Below are positions 25,916 to 36,854 of a stretch of DNA of 64,000 nucleotides, in pieces. The position numbers were made by a program, and so were the translations under genes. This DNA comes from an uncultured Victivallales bacterium (GTDB lineage: Bacteria; Verrucomicrobiota; Kiritimatiellia; UBA8416): assembly GCA_964497125.1 (NCBI GenBank), contig CAZCDU010000007.1:5503-69502 (forward strand), written 5' to 3'. Within the stretch, counting starts at the first letter, position 1. Each line of letters starts with the position of its first letter. The notes beneath the pieces were generated by a model. That model ran no database searches, was not told the DNA's origin, and saw only the letters and a list, made by a program, of their open reading frames with translations.

Positions 25916-28678
25916 ATGGACAAACATGCTTATCACGAAACTGTTGCGGAGGTGTGTTCAAGGCTGAATACGGATGTAGGTTCCGGACTGAGCCCATCAG
26001 ATGCGGCTGCCCGCCTGGTGAAGAACGGACCCAATGAGCTAACGCACGCATCCCAGAAGCGGGCCTGGCAAATTCTGTTGGCTCAGTTTACGAATCTTCT
26101 GGTTGTTCTTCTCATCGTTGCAGCTGTTGTTTCATTCTTCCTGGGAGATGGCAAAGATGCGATTGCGATTGTTGCGATCATTGTGCTCAACGCCATCCTC
26201 GGTTTCCGGCAGGAGTACAACGCCGAGAAGGCCATGGCTGCGCTTAAACGGCTTTCGGCGCCACACATCAAGGTCAGGCGAGGCGGGACGGTCGAAGAGG
26301 TCGATGCGCGGGAGTTGGTCTGCGGGGATGTGGTGTTGCTCGAAGCGGGGAACCTGGTGCCTGCCGACTGTCGTTTGAGCACGGCTGCGTCGCTCAAGGT
26401 GCAGGAATCAGCGCTGACCGGTGAGTCGGAAGCGGTTGCGAAGAGCGTAGATGCCATTGAGGGGAACGATCCCGCGATCGGTGATCGGCGCAACATGGTT
26501 CACATGGGGACGATCGTAACCTACGGGCGGGGCGAGGCCGTTGTCACGTCTACGGGTATGGACACCGAGCTGGGCCATGTGGCCACGTTGCTCCAGGAGA
26601 CGGAAGATGACCCCACACCGCTAACCTCAAAGATCGAACATCTTGGTAGAGTACTGGTAGGGGTTGCGCTGGGGCTGATTACCCTGGTTGCCGTCGTCGG
26701 TTTCTGGCGCGGTGACGGTTGGAAGACAGTCTTCATGACCGCAGTAAGCATGGCCGTCGCGGCTGTGCCTGAGGGACTTCCGGCCGTGGTGACCATTGCG
26801 CTGGCGCTGGGCGCCAAGCGTATGCTCGCCCGGAAAGCCCTGATTCGGAATCTGCCTGCCGTTGAGACGCTGGGTTCAGTCACGGCAATCTGCACAGACA
26901 AGACGGGAACCCTGACCCAGAACGTGATGACCGTGACACGCGTTGTGCTGCCGGACCGTCAGGTTGATATTGCTCCCACTGGTGATCTCGCTCTATCGCC
27001 ATCTGACGAGGACGATGTACTTCTGTGTGTTGGGGCGTCCGCACTAGCCAGCGATGCAACGCTGAATCGCCAGGAGGCCGGGGCGGAGTCATGGACCGCC
27101 CTTGGTGACCCGACCGAGGGCGCCCTTGTTGTCGCTGCGGCACGGGCCGGCATGGAGAAGGACGCGCTCGAGCGTCTGCTGCCGCGCTATGGCGAGGCCC
27201 CCTTCGATTCGGACCGGAAGCGTATGTCGACCGTCCATGGTGTGCAACCCGGTGACGCCGCGGGTCCATGCGCCCGGATCCTGGCGGCCTGCAATGTGCC
27301 GGACGAAGGGAAGTCCATTGTCTTCGCCAAGGGGGCGGTGGGCAGTATTCTTGACGTCTGCGAGAGCATTCGGAGCGGTGGTCAGACCGTGGCGCTGGAT
27401 GACAAACAGCGCGAACACGTGCTTGCCCAGATGGAGCATGCGGCAGCGGAAGGCATACGTATTCTTGGCGTAGGCTATCGTGTGGATTCCGAAGTACTGT
27501 CAGACCCCAAGATTGGAGATCTCGAGCAGGGGCTAACCTTCCTTGGTCTTGTAGGCATGATGGATCCGTTGCGTGAGGACGTCAAAATGTCGGTCGCGGA
27601 GTGTCAGAAAGCGGGTATTCGCCCCATTATGATCACGGGTGACCATCCAGCCATGGCACGGCACATTGCCGAGGACCTGGCCATGCCGCTTGATGATTCT
27701 GTCTTAACGGGACCCGAGATTGCGAAGATGTCCGAAGAGGAGCTCAAGGCAGCTGCGGAGCATGCCTGTGTTTACGCCCGGGTTTCTCCCGAGGACAAGT
27801 TACGTATTGTGGATGCCTTGCAGGCTCGCGGCGAGATTGCCTCGATGACAGGCGATGGTGTTAACGATGCGCCGGCTCTGAAGAGCGCGGATATCGGTGT
27901 GGCGATGGGTATTACGGGGACAGATGTTGCCAAGGAAGCGTCTGACATGGTTTTGCTGGATGATCGATACGCCACGATCGTTGCCGCGGTGCGCGAAGGA
28001 CGGGTCATTTTTGACAATATTCTCCGGTTCATTCGGTTCATTCTCGCGAGCAACGCCGGCGAGATCCTTGTGATGCTACTGGCTCCACTGTTCGGCCTCC
28101 CTCTTCCTCTGTTCCCTGTCCAGATTCTTTGGATGAACCTGGTTACGGACGGTCTGCCGGCGCTCGCCCTGGGCGTGGAGGGGCCCGAAAAGGATGTCAT
28201 GGATCGTCCGCCGCGTGATCCCGATGCGCCTATCATTGATTGGAAGATGGGTCGCAGTATCCTCTGGGTCGGCTTGCTTATCGCCGGTATATCGCTCGTT
28301 ATCGGTAAGCAATTCTACACGGGGGGTGCCGTGGAAAGTGTGGCTTCGTCGCACGGGCATGGTGCCGGTGAGGCGGCTGTTTGGCAGACCATGCTGTTCA
28401 CCACGATGGTCCTGGCTCAACTGTTTCTGGCCTTGGCCGTTCGCTCCTCCCGGGAGTCTCTATTCAAGATTGGCGTGTTCAGCAATCGCCCCATGATCGC
28501 AGCGTTGGCCGTTACGCTTCTCCTGCATGTGGGCGTCATCTATGTCCCCGCACTTCAGAGCTTCTTCAAGACGGCAGCCCTTTCGCTGCCACAGCTTGGA
28601 ATCTGCGTGGTAACTGGACTTGCCGTCTTCGCGGCTGTAGAGGTAGAGAAGCTCATCATCCGCATGCGCACAGATTGA
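25916..28678 (+). CDS. P-type ATPase, type II (Ca2+/Mg2+-transporting, SERCA/PMCA-like)
   Basis: DKTGTLT phosphorylation motif. [12 protein letters not shown] hinge. TGES actuator motif. AAGGGGGA RBS before ATG 25916. Confidence 0.85.
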   Translation: MDKHAYHETVAEVCSRLNTDVGSGLSPSDAAARLVKNGPNELTHASQKRAWQILLAQFTNLLVVLLIVAAVVSFFLGDGKDAIAIVAIIVLNAILGFRQEYNAEKAMAALKRLSAPHIKVRRGGTVEEVDARELVCGDVVLLEAGNLVPADCRLSTAASLKVQESALTGESEAVAKSVDAIEGNDPAIGDRRNMVHMGTIVTYGRGEAVVTSTGMDTELGHVATLLQETEDDPTPLTSKIEHLGRVLVGVALGLITLVAVVGFWRGDGWKTVFMTAVSMAVAAVPEGLPAVVTIALALGAKRMLARKALIRNLPAVETLGSVTAICTDKTGTLTQNVMTVTRVVLPDRQVDIAPTGDLALSPSDEDDVLLCVGASALASDATLNRQEAGAESWTALGDPTEGALVVAAARAGMEKDALERLLPRYGEAPFDSDRKRMSTVHGVQPGDAAGPCARILAACNVPDEGKSIVFAKGAVGSILDVCESIRSGGQTVALDDKQREHVLAQMEHAAAEGIRILGVGYRVDSEVLSDPKIGDLEQGLTFLGLVGMMDPLREDVKMSVAECQKAGIRPIMITGDHPAMARHIAEDLAMPLDDSVLTGPEIAKMSEEELKAAAEHACVYARVSPEDKLRIVDALQARGEIASMTGDGVNDAPALKSADIGVAMGITGTDVAKEASDMVLLDDRYATIVAAVREGRVIFDNILRFIRFILASNAGEILVMLLAPLFGLPLPLFPVQILWMNLVTDGLPALALGVEGPEKDVMDRPPRDPDAPIIDWKMGRSILWVGLLIAGISLVIGKQFYTGGAVESVASSHGHGAGEAAVWQTMLFTTMVLAQLFLALAVRSSRESLFKIGVFSNRPMIAALAVTLLLHVGVIYVPALQSFFKTAALSLPQLGICVVTGLAVFAAVEVEKLIIRMRTD

Positions 28679-28729
28679 CCCTTTCCCCCGAATCCGATAC
28701 CTTGTCGGGCTATGGGCAGAGGTGTGAAC

Positions 28730-30142
28730 ATGGATCTGTGGGACGAAAAAGGAGTGGGGCTGCTGGACGCGATCTTGCGCTGGGCCACATTCGCTACGCT
28801 TGTCGTTGTTGTCCTACTCGCCCCGTGGTTTTTCGGGGCGTGGGAGGTGTGGTGGTTCTGGCCATTCATCGCCGTTATTTCCGTGGGAATGGTATCGACG
28901 GGGCTGCGGTTGGTGACTGGCTCTTCAGCCACGCGTGCCGCACCACCCAGGATATGGATGATTCTGGGAGCGGCGGCGCCCTTTCTTGTCTACGCTCTTG
29001 TGCGTCTCTTCACGACAGAAGTGTTTGCCGATGGCGAGAAATCGGTCCTTCTGCACCTGTCCGGCCTGGCCGTTGCGGTGCAGGTATCGCTGGGTATTAG
29101 CGGACACCAGCGGCGGGTGTTGTTCTGGGTGATCTTTGCGAGCTTGTCACTACTCGGACTCTACGGCCTCGTGAATCATCTGGGATGGGGTAGTGAACAC
29201 GTGCTGTGGGCTCCCCGGTATCCGCAGTACGCGGGCCGGGCAACCGGTTCCTATTTCTGCCCGGATCATTTCGCGGGCATCATGGAGCTCCTCATGTGCC
29301 TCGCTCTTGCCGTTATTGCTGACCGAGGGCGTAGGGCTGCCATGAGATGGGCTACAGCAGGTGCTGTTGTCCTTGCGCTCACCGGTGTCATTCTCAGCCA
29401 GTCACGGGGTGGGGGAATGGCCGCAGCCGTGATCCTGGGTGCCGCCATGGTTTGGGGCGTTGCTCGATGGCCTCGGGGTGTGCGCTGGAACCTGCGGCTG
29501 GTAGCGGTATCGGGCTCTCTGCTTCTTCTGATCGGGCTGTCAGGGCTGGGCGGCCCCTATGTTGAGCGTTTCGTCTCGTATGGGGGATGGACCGTGTCCC
29601 CTGAGCAAGAGGGCGGACGTATGGAGCTGCTCAAGAAGTCCCTGAGCCGTACGAGCCGTGGTCGAATGTATGGCGGTGCAGTGCGGGCATGGCAAACGGC
29701 CCCATGGATTGGGATTGGCCCGGGCATGCACCAGAACATCTGGCCCCATGTTGCAGCGACACGAGATGGGGATGCCGCTATTGGTAAATGGCCTACGCTC
29801 TCCAATGCGAGCTTCCATTCCTATAGCGTGCACAGCGACTGGCTTCAACTTCTCGAGGAGTATGGCATCGTTGGGCTTGTGCTGTTCATGATTCCGTTCT
29901 GCACGGTCTTCGTCTATCTTGCCTCCATGGTCTCTGGCTGGCGACCTGAGGCGCTGAGCGGACCGGCAGTCGGGGCGTTCTCGCATGCCGTTGGGGCTAT
30001 GCTGGCATTCATCGCCATGGCATTCCACTCCCTCGGTGATTTCAACCTGCAGATGCCGGCCACGGTGTGGCTGTTTGCAGCGATTCTGGCACTTGGACTC
30101 AACAGCCGCAGAGAGATACAAGAGACGCAAGGAATAGAATAA
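28730..30142 (+). CDS. Wzy_C / O-antigen-ligase-like membrane protein (exosortase-A-associated O-glycosylation ligase type)
   Basis: About 11 TM helices. Wzy_C signature region NASFHSYSVHSDWLQLLEEYGIVGL. First gene of the EPS locus. Confidence 0.55.
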   Translation: MDLWDEKGVGLLDAILRWATFATLVVVVLLAPWFFGAWEVWWFWPFIAVISVGMVSTGLRLVTGSSATRAAPPRIWMILGAAAPFLVYALVRLFTTEVFADGEKSVLLHLSGLAVAVQVSLGISGHQRRVLFWVIFASLSLLGLYGLVNHLGWGSEHVLWAPRYPQYAGRATGSYFCPDHFAGIMELLMCLALAVIADRGRRAAMRWATAGAVVLALTGVILSQSRGGGMAAAVILGAAMVWGVARWPRGVRWNLRLVAVSGSLLLLIGLSGLGGPYVERFVSYGGWTVSPEQEGGRMELLKKSLSRTSRGRMYGGAVRAWQTAPWIGIGPGMHQNIWPHVAATRDGDAAIGKWPTLSNASFHSYSVHSDWLQLLEEYGIVGLVLFMIPFCTVFVYLASMVSGWRPEALSGPAVGAFSHAVGAMLAFIAMAFHSLGDFNLQMPATVWLFAAILALGLNSRREIQETQGIE

Positions 30143-30822
30143 TGCAGACGATTATTACGAGTGATTTGCATCTCGGCTGTTCGCACTGTCGTACCGCCGA
30201 TATCATGGCTTTCCTGAAGTCGTTACCGGATGGCGCACGACTGGTTCTGAATGGTGACATCGTTAACCACCACCACGACGACACGAACCTGGATGACGAG
30301 TACCTGGAAGTGTTGAACGCGATCCGAGCGGCTTCGTTTGAGCGCGAGGTTATCTGGACCCGTGGCAACAACGACAAGAAGCTTGTCTTGGCCGATCCGG
30401 GGCAGATCAAGCTCGTTGAGGATTATGCGATCGGCAAACGTCTCTACATAGCACACGGCGACCGGTTCGATTTGCTCATGCCTACGGCACGGCTAGTACT
30501 GATTCCTATCCGCTGGATCTACTATGGGATTGCCTATCTAAGAGGGTCGAAGACACACGTGGCACAGTCGGCCAAGCGGCTATCGAGACTCTACAAACTG
30601 CTCTGCAAGCACGTGGCCGGCAACGCGGTTCGCTACGCAAAACGCCATGGCTTTGAAGCCGTTACCTGCGGTCATACGCATTGGGTAGAGGACCGTGAGG
30701 TGCAGGGCATTCGCTATCTCAATACCGGGTGTTGGACAGAACCCAATACCGCAACGGTTGTTGTGGACGACAACGGTATCGAATGCCGCCGTCTGTTTAG
30801 TGCAAAGGCAGGGCAAGCATGA
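30142..30822 (+). CDS. calcineurin-like metallophosphoesterase (LpxH-like)
   Basis: SDLHLG, GDIVNH, GNND and GHTH metal-binding motifs. Start overlaps the upstream stop (TAATG). Confidence 0.6.
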   Translation: MQTIITSDLHLGCSHCRTADIMAFLKSLPDGARLVLNGDIVNHHHDDTNLDDEYLEVLNAIRAASFEREVIWTRGNNDKKLVLADPGQIKLVEDYAIGKRLYIAHGDRFDLLMPTARLVLIPIRWIYYGIAYLRGSKTHVAQSAKRLSRLYKLLCKHVAGNAVRYAKRHGFEAVTCGHTHWVEDREVQGIRYLNTGCWTEPNTATVVVDDNGIECRRLFSAKAGQA

Positions 30823-31511
30823 CTTTCGCGGAACGACTCTTCCCCCGGATCTTCTCCTATGTCGATCCGGATTCTTTTGTGAACCGGTGTCGTCGCCGCC
30901 GTTCCGCACTGATATGGGAGCGTCTCCAGCAAGTTCCCCCGTCAGGTGGCCTTGTGCGCATCCTCGATGTCGGCGGTTGCCTGGGATTCTGGTACGCCAT
31001 TGGGCTTCCTGATCCCAGCCGATACCACGTCACGCTTCTGAACCTGAGCGGCGGATCCGATGATGGCCTGCCGGGGTTCTCTGCTGTCCAGGGGGATGCC
31101 TGCGACTTGCCCTATAGGCGAGGAGAGTTTGACGTCGTCTTGTCGAACTCCGTCATCGAGCATGTGGGAGGTCAGCAGAATATGCGGCGGATGGCAGGGG
31201 AGATCGTAAGACTCTGCGATAACTATATCGTACAGACGCCATCATTTTGGTTCCCCTTCGAGCCCCATGCCCAGCTACCGTTCTTCCATTACTTGCCCCC
31301 GGTGCTTGGCGGGATCCTAATCAAGCATTTCAACATTCGAGGATTCCCGCGAGGCGGCAGCCTAGCCGAGTGCTCGGCGAGCTTCAGGAATACGAAAATG
31401 CTGACACGGAAGTCCTTCCAGTCCCTCTTTCCTGTTGCGAGCATCCATACGGAACGGCTCATGGGGGTGACGAAATCCTACGTCGCTATTCACGGGTTTC
31501 AGGAGCAATAG
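30819..31511 (+). CDS. class I SAM-dependent methyltransferase
   Basis: ILDVGGCLG motif I. Acidic loop motif II. Confidence 0.55.
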   Translation: MTFAERLFPRIFSYVDPDSFVNRCRRRRSALIWERLQQVPPSGGLVRILDVGGCLGFWYAIGLPDPSRYHVTLLNLSGGSDDGLPGFSAVQGDACDLPYRRGEFDVVLSNSVIEHVGGQQNMRRMAGEIVRLCDNYIVQTPSFWFPFEPHAQLPFFHYLPPVLGGILIKHFNIRGFPRGGSLAECSASFRNTKMLTRKSFQSLFPVASIHTERLMGVTKSYVAIHGFQEQ

Positions 31512-31527
31512 GACAGAACGGTAAAGT

Positions 31528-33042
31528 ATGCAACGCAGTCGCAGGATCGTCCTGAATACGGTTTCCAACATTGTTCTGCAATGTGTCAGTGTGGGTGTAT
31601 CGTTTGTCATGATGCCCCTAGTCCTGCGGTATTTTGGCAAGGAGGTGTTCGGCATCAACGCCTATGTTGCCGGGATTGTTCTGCTGTTCACGTTCATCTC
31701 ATCCGCTATATCCATGTCGCTGATGAAGTTCATCCCCGAGAGCCTCGCGAGCGGCGACTACGAGACATTCAACGGCCATGTGTCCACCACGTTGTCTGTT
31801 TCCCTGATGGTCAACGTGTTGGTTGGTGGACTGATTTGGGCATTCCCCATCTACGGGGTCAGGCTGTTCGATGTTCCGGCACATTTGCAGGAGGTTACGC
31901 GAGCCGTGTTTGCGGTTCTCGGAATCGCCACCATGCTCAAGTTCCCCGTTCCGGTCATCAATGGCATATACTATGGCCTCGAGCGCTTCTTCGTTATCAA
32001 CTGCATCCAGTTGATCGCGGTCGTGGCTCCGGTCGTGGCCTACTGCTTCGTGGTTTCGAACCAGGGGTCGTTGGCTCAGTACATTGGCATCGTTCAGTGT
32101 GGCTCGATCCTGGTCATGGTGCTCTCCATTCTGATGGTGTTTGCCCTGTTGCCCTGTAAGCTCAAATGGCGGCCACCGACGCTGGTGTCGCTGAAGCGGA
32201 TGTTTGCGTTTAACCTATACCTGATCTCGAACCAGGCCGCGGACACGCTTCTCTACTCGGCCGATAAGATGATCCTGCAGAAACTCATGGGGGTAACGGC
32301 CGTGGCCGATTATCACATTGCGCGCCGCACGCAGAGCATGGCGCACGCCGCTATCAGCCTGCCCCTCAGCGCGATCATACCGAGTCTGTCGGCCGCGTAC
32401 GCATCGGGAGACACACGCTACATCAGTCGAATGAATCGCGTGGGGACTTTCCTGTATGCCGCGTTTCTCGTGCCTCCGCTGGCGACGCTTTTTTGCCTGT
32501 ACGATAGCTTCATCCAGCTTTGGATAGGTGGTGACGTCGCTCATATCGTCCTTCCCGGACGACTGTTTCTCCTAACCGTAATCATGGCCCTGCCATTCAA
32601 GGTCTTCTCGCACTGTCTCGTCGCGCACGGGCGAGTCAGGGAGCTGGGAATCGCCAAGGTGAGCTACGCCCTGCTGAACATTCCCCTGAGCATCATTCTT
32701 GCATCGCGGATTGGGCTGGTTGGCGTCGTGATTCCGACCGTGTGCTACTGGCTGGTCGTCTACCCCCTTGTGGTTGGTGCCCTTGCCGTGCCCCAGCAGG
32801 TGGGGAGGGGGATCCTCAGCAGTTTCGGATTGGCTACATGCGCCGTTGCGATGGCGTGGTTGGCCCGGACCTGTCTGTTCACGACACTGTCAACATCCTG
32901 GCTGGGCTTTGCAGCCAGGGCCGTCGCTGTTTTTGTTGCTTTTGCCGTACTCTACGCGGGTGTTGCCCTGGTTTGGTTTCTTGCTGATATCCGGGAATTG
33001 CTTGGGGTGCGCCGGCAGGGGGGGAGCGGTGCGAATGCGTGA
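31528..33042 (+). CDS. oligosaccharide flippase (Wzx, MOP/polysaccharide biosynthesis family)
   Basis: About 12-14 TM helices. N-terminal pattern typical of Wzx/RfbX. Confidence 0.6.
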   Translation: MQRSRRIVLNTVSNIVLQCVSVGVSFVMMPLVLRYFGKEVFGINAYVAGIVLLFTFISSAISMSLMKFIPESLASGDYETFNGHVSTTLSVSLMVNVLVGGLIWAFPIYGVRLFDVPAHLQEVTRAVFAVLGIATMLKFPVPVINGIYYGLERFFVINCIQLIAVVAPVVAYCFVVSNQGSLAQYIGIVQCGSILVMVLSILMVFALLPCKLKWRPPTLVSLKRMFAFNLYLISNQAADTLLYSADKMILQKLMGVTAVADYHIARRTQSMAHAAISLPLSAIIPSLSAAYASGDTRYISRMNRVGTFLYAAFLVPPLATLFCLYDSFIQLWIGGDVAHIVLPGRLFLLTVIMALPFKVFSHCLVAHGRVRELGIAKVSYALLNIPLSIILASRIGLVGVVIPTVCYWLVVYPLVVGALAVPQQVGRGILSSFGLATCAVAMAWLARTCLFTTLSTSWLGFAARAVAVFVAFAVLYAGVALVWFLADIRELLGVRRQGGSGANA

Positions 33043-33084
33043 CCTGGTGATTGTGAATGTGAACAGCCTTGGGCCGGTACCGGT

Positions 33085-34455
33085 ATGGGGAACATGAAAC
33101 GAGCAAGCAGTGTTCTTGATCTTCGCCTGTGCATAGGGTGTGGGGTCTGTTGTGCCGTATGTCCCGAGACGTGCATCGGTATGCGCTTCGACAGGTACGG
33201 CGAATACCATCCGGTGGCAACGACGTCCGCATGTACCCACTGTGGGCTCTGCCTGTCGGCCTGTCCCTTTGTCGACTCTCCGATGGATGAGGGCACGCTG
33301 GCGGCGGCACGATTCAAGGAGGTGCCGGGCATAGAACACCGCCACGAGTGCGGGTATGTCTTGTCCGCACATGTGGGGGCTCTTGCGGACGACGGGAGAC
33401 GGTCTGCGAGATCGTCCGGGGGGCTGGCAAGTTGGTTCCTGGCAGAGCTCCTGAAACGTAACCACGTTGATGCGGTGATTTGCGTACTCAATACGGAGTC
33501 GGGTGAAACGGCGTTCGAGTATGCGCTGTTGGAAACGCCTGCTGCCGTGCTGAACAGCTCGAAGTCCTGCTACTACCCCGTGGAGCTGTCCCAGGTGCTC
33601 CGGTCCGTCGTGCACGACAACAGACGCTATGCCGTGGTTGGCCTGCCTTGTGTGTTGAAGGCGATTCAGAAGGCGGCGGCGAAGAACTCGGCATTGAAAG
33701 ACCGCATCGTCCTGCACGTGGGGCTGACCTGTGGGCATCAGAAGAGCGCGCGGTTCGCTGAGTACCTCTGCAAGGAGCGTTCAGCCTGCGCCGAGAAGCA
33801 TGCCATTTCATTTCGGGAGTCGGAGCCAGGCACGCCCCCCTACCGGTTTGTCTTCTCTTGCCGGCACGGCCGGAACAGGCAGTGGAGTTCGCGGGCATTT
33901 GAACGCGGGTGGTTCAAAATTGGTGCCTGCAGATGCTGTGATGATGTCTTTGCGGAGTGCGCGGATGTTGCCTTCATGGATGCCTGGCTGCCTGGTTATC
34001 GTGATGACTCACGGGGCACCTCAATCGTGCTATCCCGAAAACCATTCATTTCGGAACTGTTTGATGGCAGGAACCGCGATATCCGTGTCGAACGACTCGA
34101 CCTAGATAGCGTGATCCAATCACAGCTGCCGGTCCTGGCGAACAAGAGGGAGAGGCTGAGCAAACGACAGGCGTTGCGATTCCTGCGCAGCAACAGACTT
34201 CACAAGCGGGTAGCATCCTGTCACTGCGGGTGGCTCGAAACAGGAGGTCTGTACGTGGCCGAGATGGCGTCGTGGATGACAAGAGAACTATGGTGCCTGT
34301 TGCGTTTGCTGCCGTTTGGTCGTTGGCTGTTCAATCTGCTAGTATGGCACATTCCCTCATTCTGCCGAAAGTGTCTCCGGAGAGTAGGCAAACTGGTCGG
34401 GTGCAAGCCATTGGCCGTGAGGTCAACGTGTTCGGGAGAGCAGGTGAAACAATGA
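33085..34455 (+). CDS. coenzyme F420 hydrogenase/dehydrogenase beta-subunit-like Fe-S flavoprotein (FrhB-like)
   Basis: Two N-terminal 4Fe-4S ferredoxin motifs (CIGCGVCCAVCP, CTHCGLCLSACP) followed by FrhB N/C-like domains. Translationally coupled to the pyruvyl transferase (ATGA overlap). Confidence 0.55.
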   Translation: MGNMKRASSVLDLRLCIGCGVCCAVCPETCIGMRFDRYGEYHPVATTSACTHCGLCLSACPFVDSPMDEGTLAAARFKEVPGIEHRHECGYVLSAHVGALADDGRRSARSSGGLASWFLAELLKRNHVDAVICVLNTESGETAFEYALLETPAAVLNSSKSCYYPVELSQVLRSVVHDNRRYAVVGLPCVLKAIQKAAAKNSALKDRIVLHVGLTCGHQKSARFAEYLCKERSACAEKHAISFRESEPGTPPYRFVFSCRHGRNRQWSSRAFERGWFKIGACRCCDDVFAECADVAFMDAWLPGYRDDSRGTSIVLSRKPFISELFDGRNRDIRVERLDLDSVIQSQLPVLANKRERLSKRQALRFLRSNRLHKRVASCHCGWLETGGLYVAEMASWMTRELWCLLRLLPFGRWLFNLLVWHIPSFCRKCLRRVGKLVGCKPLAVRSTCSGEQVKQ

Positions 34456-35717
34456 GAGTTCTTTTCTGTGGCTGCATATACGGTGCCGGCAATATTGGCG
34501 ATGATGCCATTCTTGGCGGATTCGTCAGCGCTTTCCGCAAATATGTGCCGTCAGCTGAGCTGGGCGCGATATCATGGGATCCCGGTAAGACAAAGGATGA
34601 GCTGGGTCTGGCGCGGGTGTGGGGGCTGTCCCGGAAAGAGGAGACTGCTGCCATTAAGTGGGCAACACATGTTGTCCTGGGTGGGGCCACCTTGATTTCG
34701 GAGAACCCGAACATTGACTATCCCTTGCTCCACAACTGTCGGATCATCGACAAGTGTCTTATACACAACAAGCCGGTGTCGCTCCTCGGCGCGGGCGCCA
34801 GTGATATACATACTGACCGCGCACGGCGGCTGCTCAAGAGCCGCTATGAAGCTGAACTGGACATTATCGCCGTCCGGTCTGTTCATGATAAACAGCAGGC
34901 GATCGCGGTGGGTGGTCTTCGTGGCGGGGCAATCCAGGTGACGGCCGACGCAGCTTTTGCCTTGCCCGTGCGGGAGGATTGCCGTCGGGATCCCCGGGGA
35001 CTGGTGGGGATCAACCTGGTGGGAGAGCGGCAAGTCTCCCTTGCCTTTACTGATCGCATCAGTTCGGCGCTCCGCGACTTCTTTGGGGCGGCGCCGTCCT
35101 ATCGCCCTGTTGGTGTTTGCAGCGAGACAAGACAGGAGAAGGGCTTCGACTATGTCCTGACGCGCGATGCTGTCCGGTCGATTGATCCGACGGCTGAACT
35201 GTGGTGCGACTATCTCTCCTGTGATACATTCCTCACGTTGCTGTGTCGGTGTGAATTCATCGTGACGATGCGCATGCATGTGCTTCTGTTCTGTGGCCTG
35301 CTCGGTATTCCCTGCCTGGCCATCGTCCGGGAGCAAAAGACCGCGAGTATGCTCAAAGAACTTGGGTTGCCCGTGGAACTTCACCTGGACAGTACTGCGG
35401 TTGAGATTGGCGAGGCGCTGTCGCACATTCTCGAGTCCCCCGAGGCATACATTCCATCCCGGGAGCGTATTGCGCAGCTTCGCGGGCGAGCGCAGCAAAA
35501 TGCAGATCTGTGGCTGGATTACTATACCGGCGGAGAGCGGGGGCGACGTGGGATGTCGCGCCGGGTTGGCGCGTGGGGGCGCGTGGCCTGGGGGGAGAGT
35601 TTGCCCATGCGCGCATGCCGGCGGTTGGTGGCGATAATGCGCCGTCGGGGGAGTAGGGGCCGCAGAGTCGGAGATGACCGTCCGCGCACGAGCACCAAGG
35701 AAGCGACAGGGACATGA
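34452..35717 (+). CDS. polysaccharide pyruvyl transferase (CsaB/WcaK family)
   Basis: MRVLFCGCIYGAGNIGDDAIL N-terminal signature of PF04230. Arg-rich C-terminal tail. Confidence 0.65.
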   Translation: MRVLFCGCIYGAGNIGDDAILGGFVSAFRKYVPSAELGAISWDPGKTKDELGLARVWGLSRKEETAAIKWATHVVLGGATLISENPNIDYPLLHNCRIIDKCLIHNKPVSLLGAGASDIHTDRARRLLKSRYEAELDIIAVRSVHDKQQAIAVGGLRGGAIQVTADAAFALPVREDCRRDPRGLVGINLVGERQVSLAFTDRISSALRDFFGAAPSYRPVGVCSETRQEKGFDYVLTRDAVRSIDPTAELWCDYLSCDTFLTLLCRCEFIVTMRMHVLLFCGLLGIPCLAIVREQKTASMLKELGLPVELHLDSTAVEIGEALSHILESPEAYIPSRERIAQLRGRAQQNADLWLDYYTGGERGRRGMSRRVGAWGRVAWGESLPMRACRRLVAIMRRRGSRGRRVGDDRPRTSTKEATGT

Positions 35718-36853
35718 AAGATGAATGGCAAACGCGACAGTGTCGGTCGATCCTGCTAATCAAGTTGGACGAGATTGGCGATATGGTTCTCGCGTCCCCG
35801 GCGTTTCGGGTCGTGCGGGAGCAGCACCCCAAGGGGAAAATCGTCTGTCTCGTGCGACCTGAGGTGCTTCCTCTCGTGCAGCAGTGTCCCTACGTGGATG
35901 CGTTCCTGCCGATGCCGAGAGCACGCAAGAGCTTTGGGATGGCGAAGATTCGACTGCTGTTTCAGATCCTGGAATTCTGCCGGAGGAATCGGCTGTTCGG
36001 GTTCGACATGTCGATCGTCTTGCGCACCACACCCTATGTCCAGGAGTGTATACTCAGTCGCGTGGCTGGGGCCAGGCGGCGCGTGGGCTGGCGGAATCCC
36101 GAGTTATGGTGGAGTCGGTACTGCTTCACGCATATGATCTCGGACGCAGCGGGGTGGCATGAAACTGATCGTCTGGCCTCCGTGCTTGGCCCGCCGAGCG
36201 TTGGAGCTCAAGGGCGGAAACTTGAGGTGTGGCTGACGGAGAGTGACCGGCGGCGTCCGGAACGATGGGGTGAGGATGGACTCTGTATCGCGATTGGCTG
36301 TGGATCGTCGTGTATCGGGAAACGCTGCTGGCCGGTGGAGCGGTATGCCGATGTTGTGAAGAGGATGCACGTGTTGCACCCCGATCTTAGCTGTGTTATT
36401 GTTGGTGGTTCTGATGACGTTGAGACGGCGGACCGACTGATCGATCTGACCGGTGAGTATGTCACAAGTGTTGCCGGCAAGCTGTCCCTTCGTGAGTCGT
36501 GCGCCTGGCTCGAGCGCTGTGACTGTTTCGTGGGAAACGACTCGGGGCCAATGCATATGGCGGCAGCTGTTGGTCTTCCGGTTGTGGAAGTGTCCTGCCA
36601 TCCCGTCGGGGGATCGACGGAGCACGCGAACGCGCCAGAGCGGTTTGGGCCGTATGGCGTACCTCACGTTGTGTGTCGTCCGGCACGGGCGTTGGAGCCC
36701 TGTGCGGATGCGTGCACATCAACGGTTGCTCACTGCATCCTGTCCGTCACGGCGGACAACGTGGCGGAGGCATTGGCGGGCCTGACGCCGCGTGCGGGGA
36801 GAACGCGTGAGCCGGCCGTTGCAGCTGGCGTAAATGGAGGAGAAGGGCGCTGA
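35714..36853 (+). CDS. glycosyltransferase family 9 (heptosyltransferase-like)
   Basis: GT9 pattern (IGDMVLASPAF ... GNDSGPMHMAAAVGLPVV). Confidence 0.65.
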   Translation: MKDEWQTRQCRSILLIKLDEIGDMVLASPAFRVVREQHPKGKIVCLVRPEVLPLVQQCPYVDAFLPMPRARKSFGMAKIRLLFQILEFCRRNRLFGFDMSIVLRTTPYVQECILSRVAGARRRVGWRNPELWWSRYCFTHMISDAAGWHETDRLASVLGPPSVGAQGRKLEVWLTESDRRRPERWGEDGLCIAIGCGSSCIGKRCWPVERYADVVKRMHVLHPDLSCVIVGGSDDVETADRLIDLTGEYVTSVAGKLSLRESCAWLERCDCFVGNDSGPMHMAAAVGLPVVEVSCHPVGGSTEHANAPERFGPYGVPHVVCRPARALEPCADACTSTVAHCILSVTADNVAEALAGLTPRAGRTREPAVAAGVNGGEGR

Positions 36854-36854
36854 T

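Noticed and set aside
32890-33738. 282-aa antisense ORF spanning the Wzx/FrhB-like junction
   Set aside because: Arg/His/Gln-rich composition. Both sense genes have strong family features.
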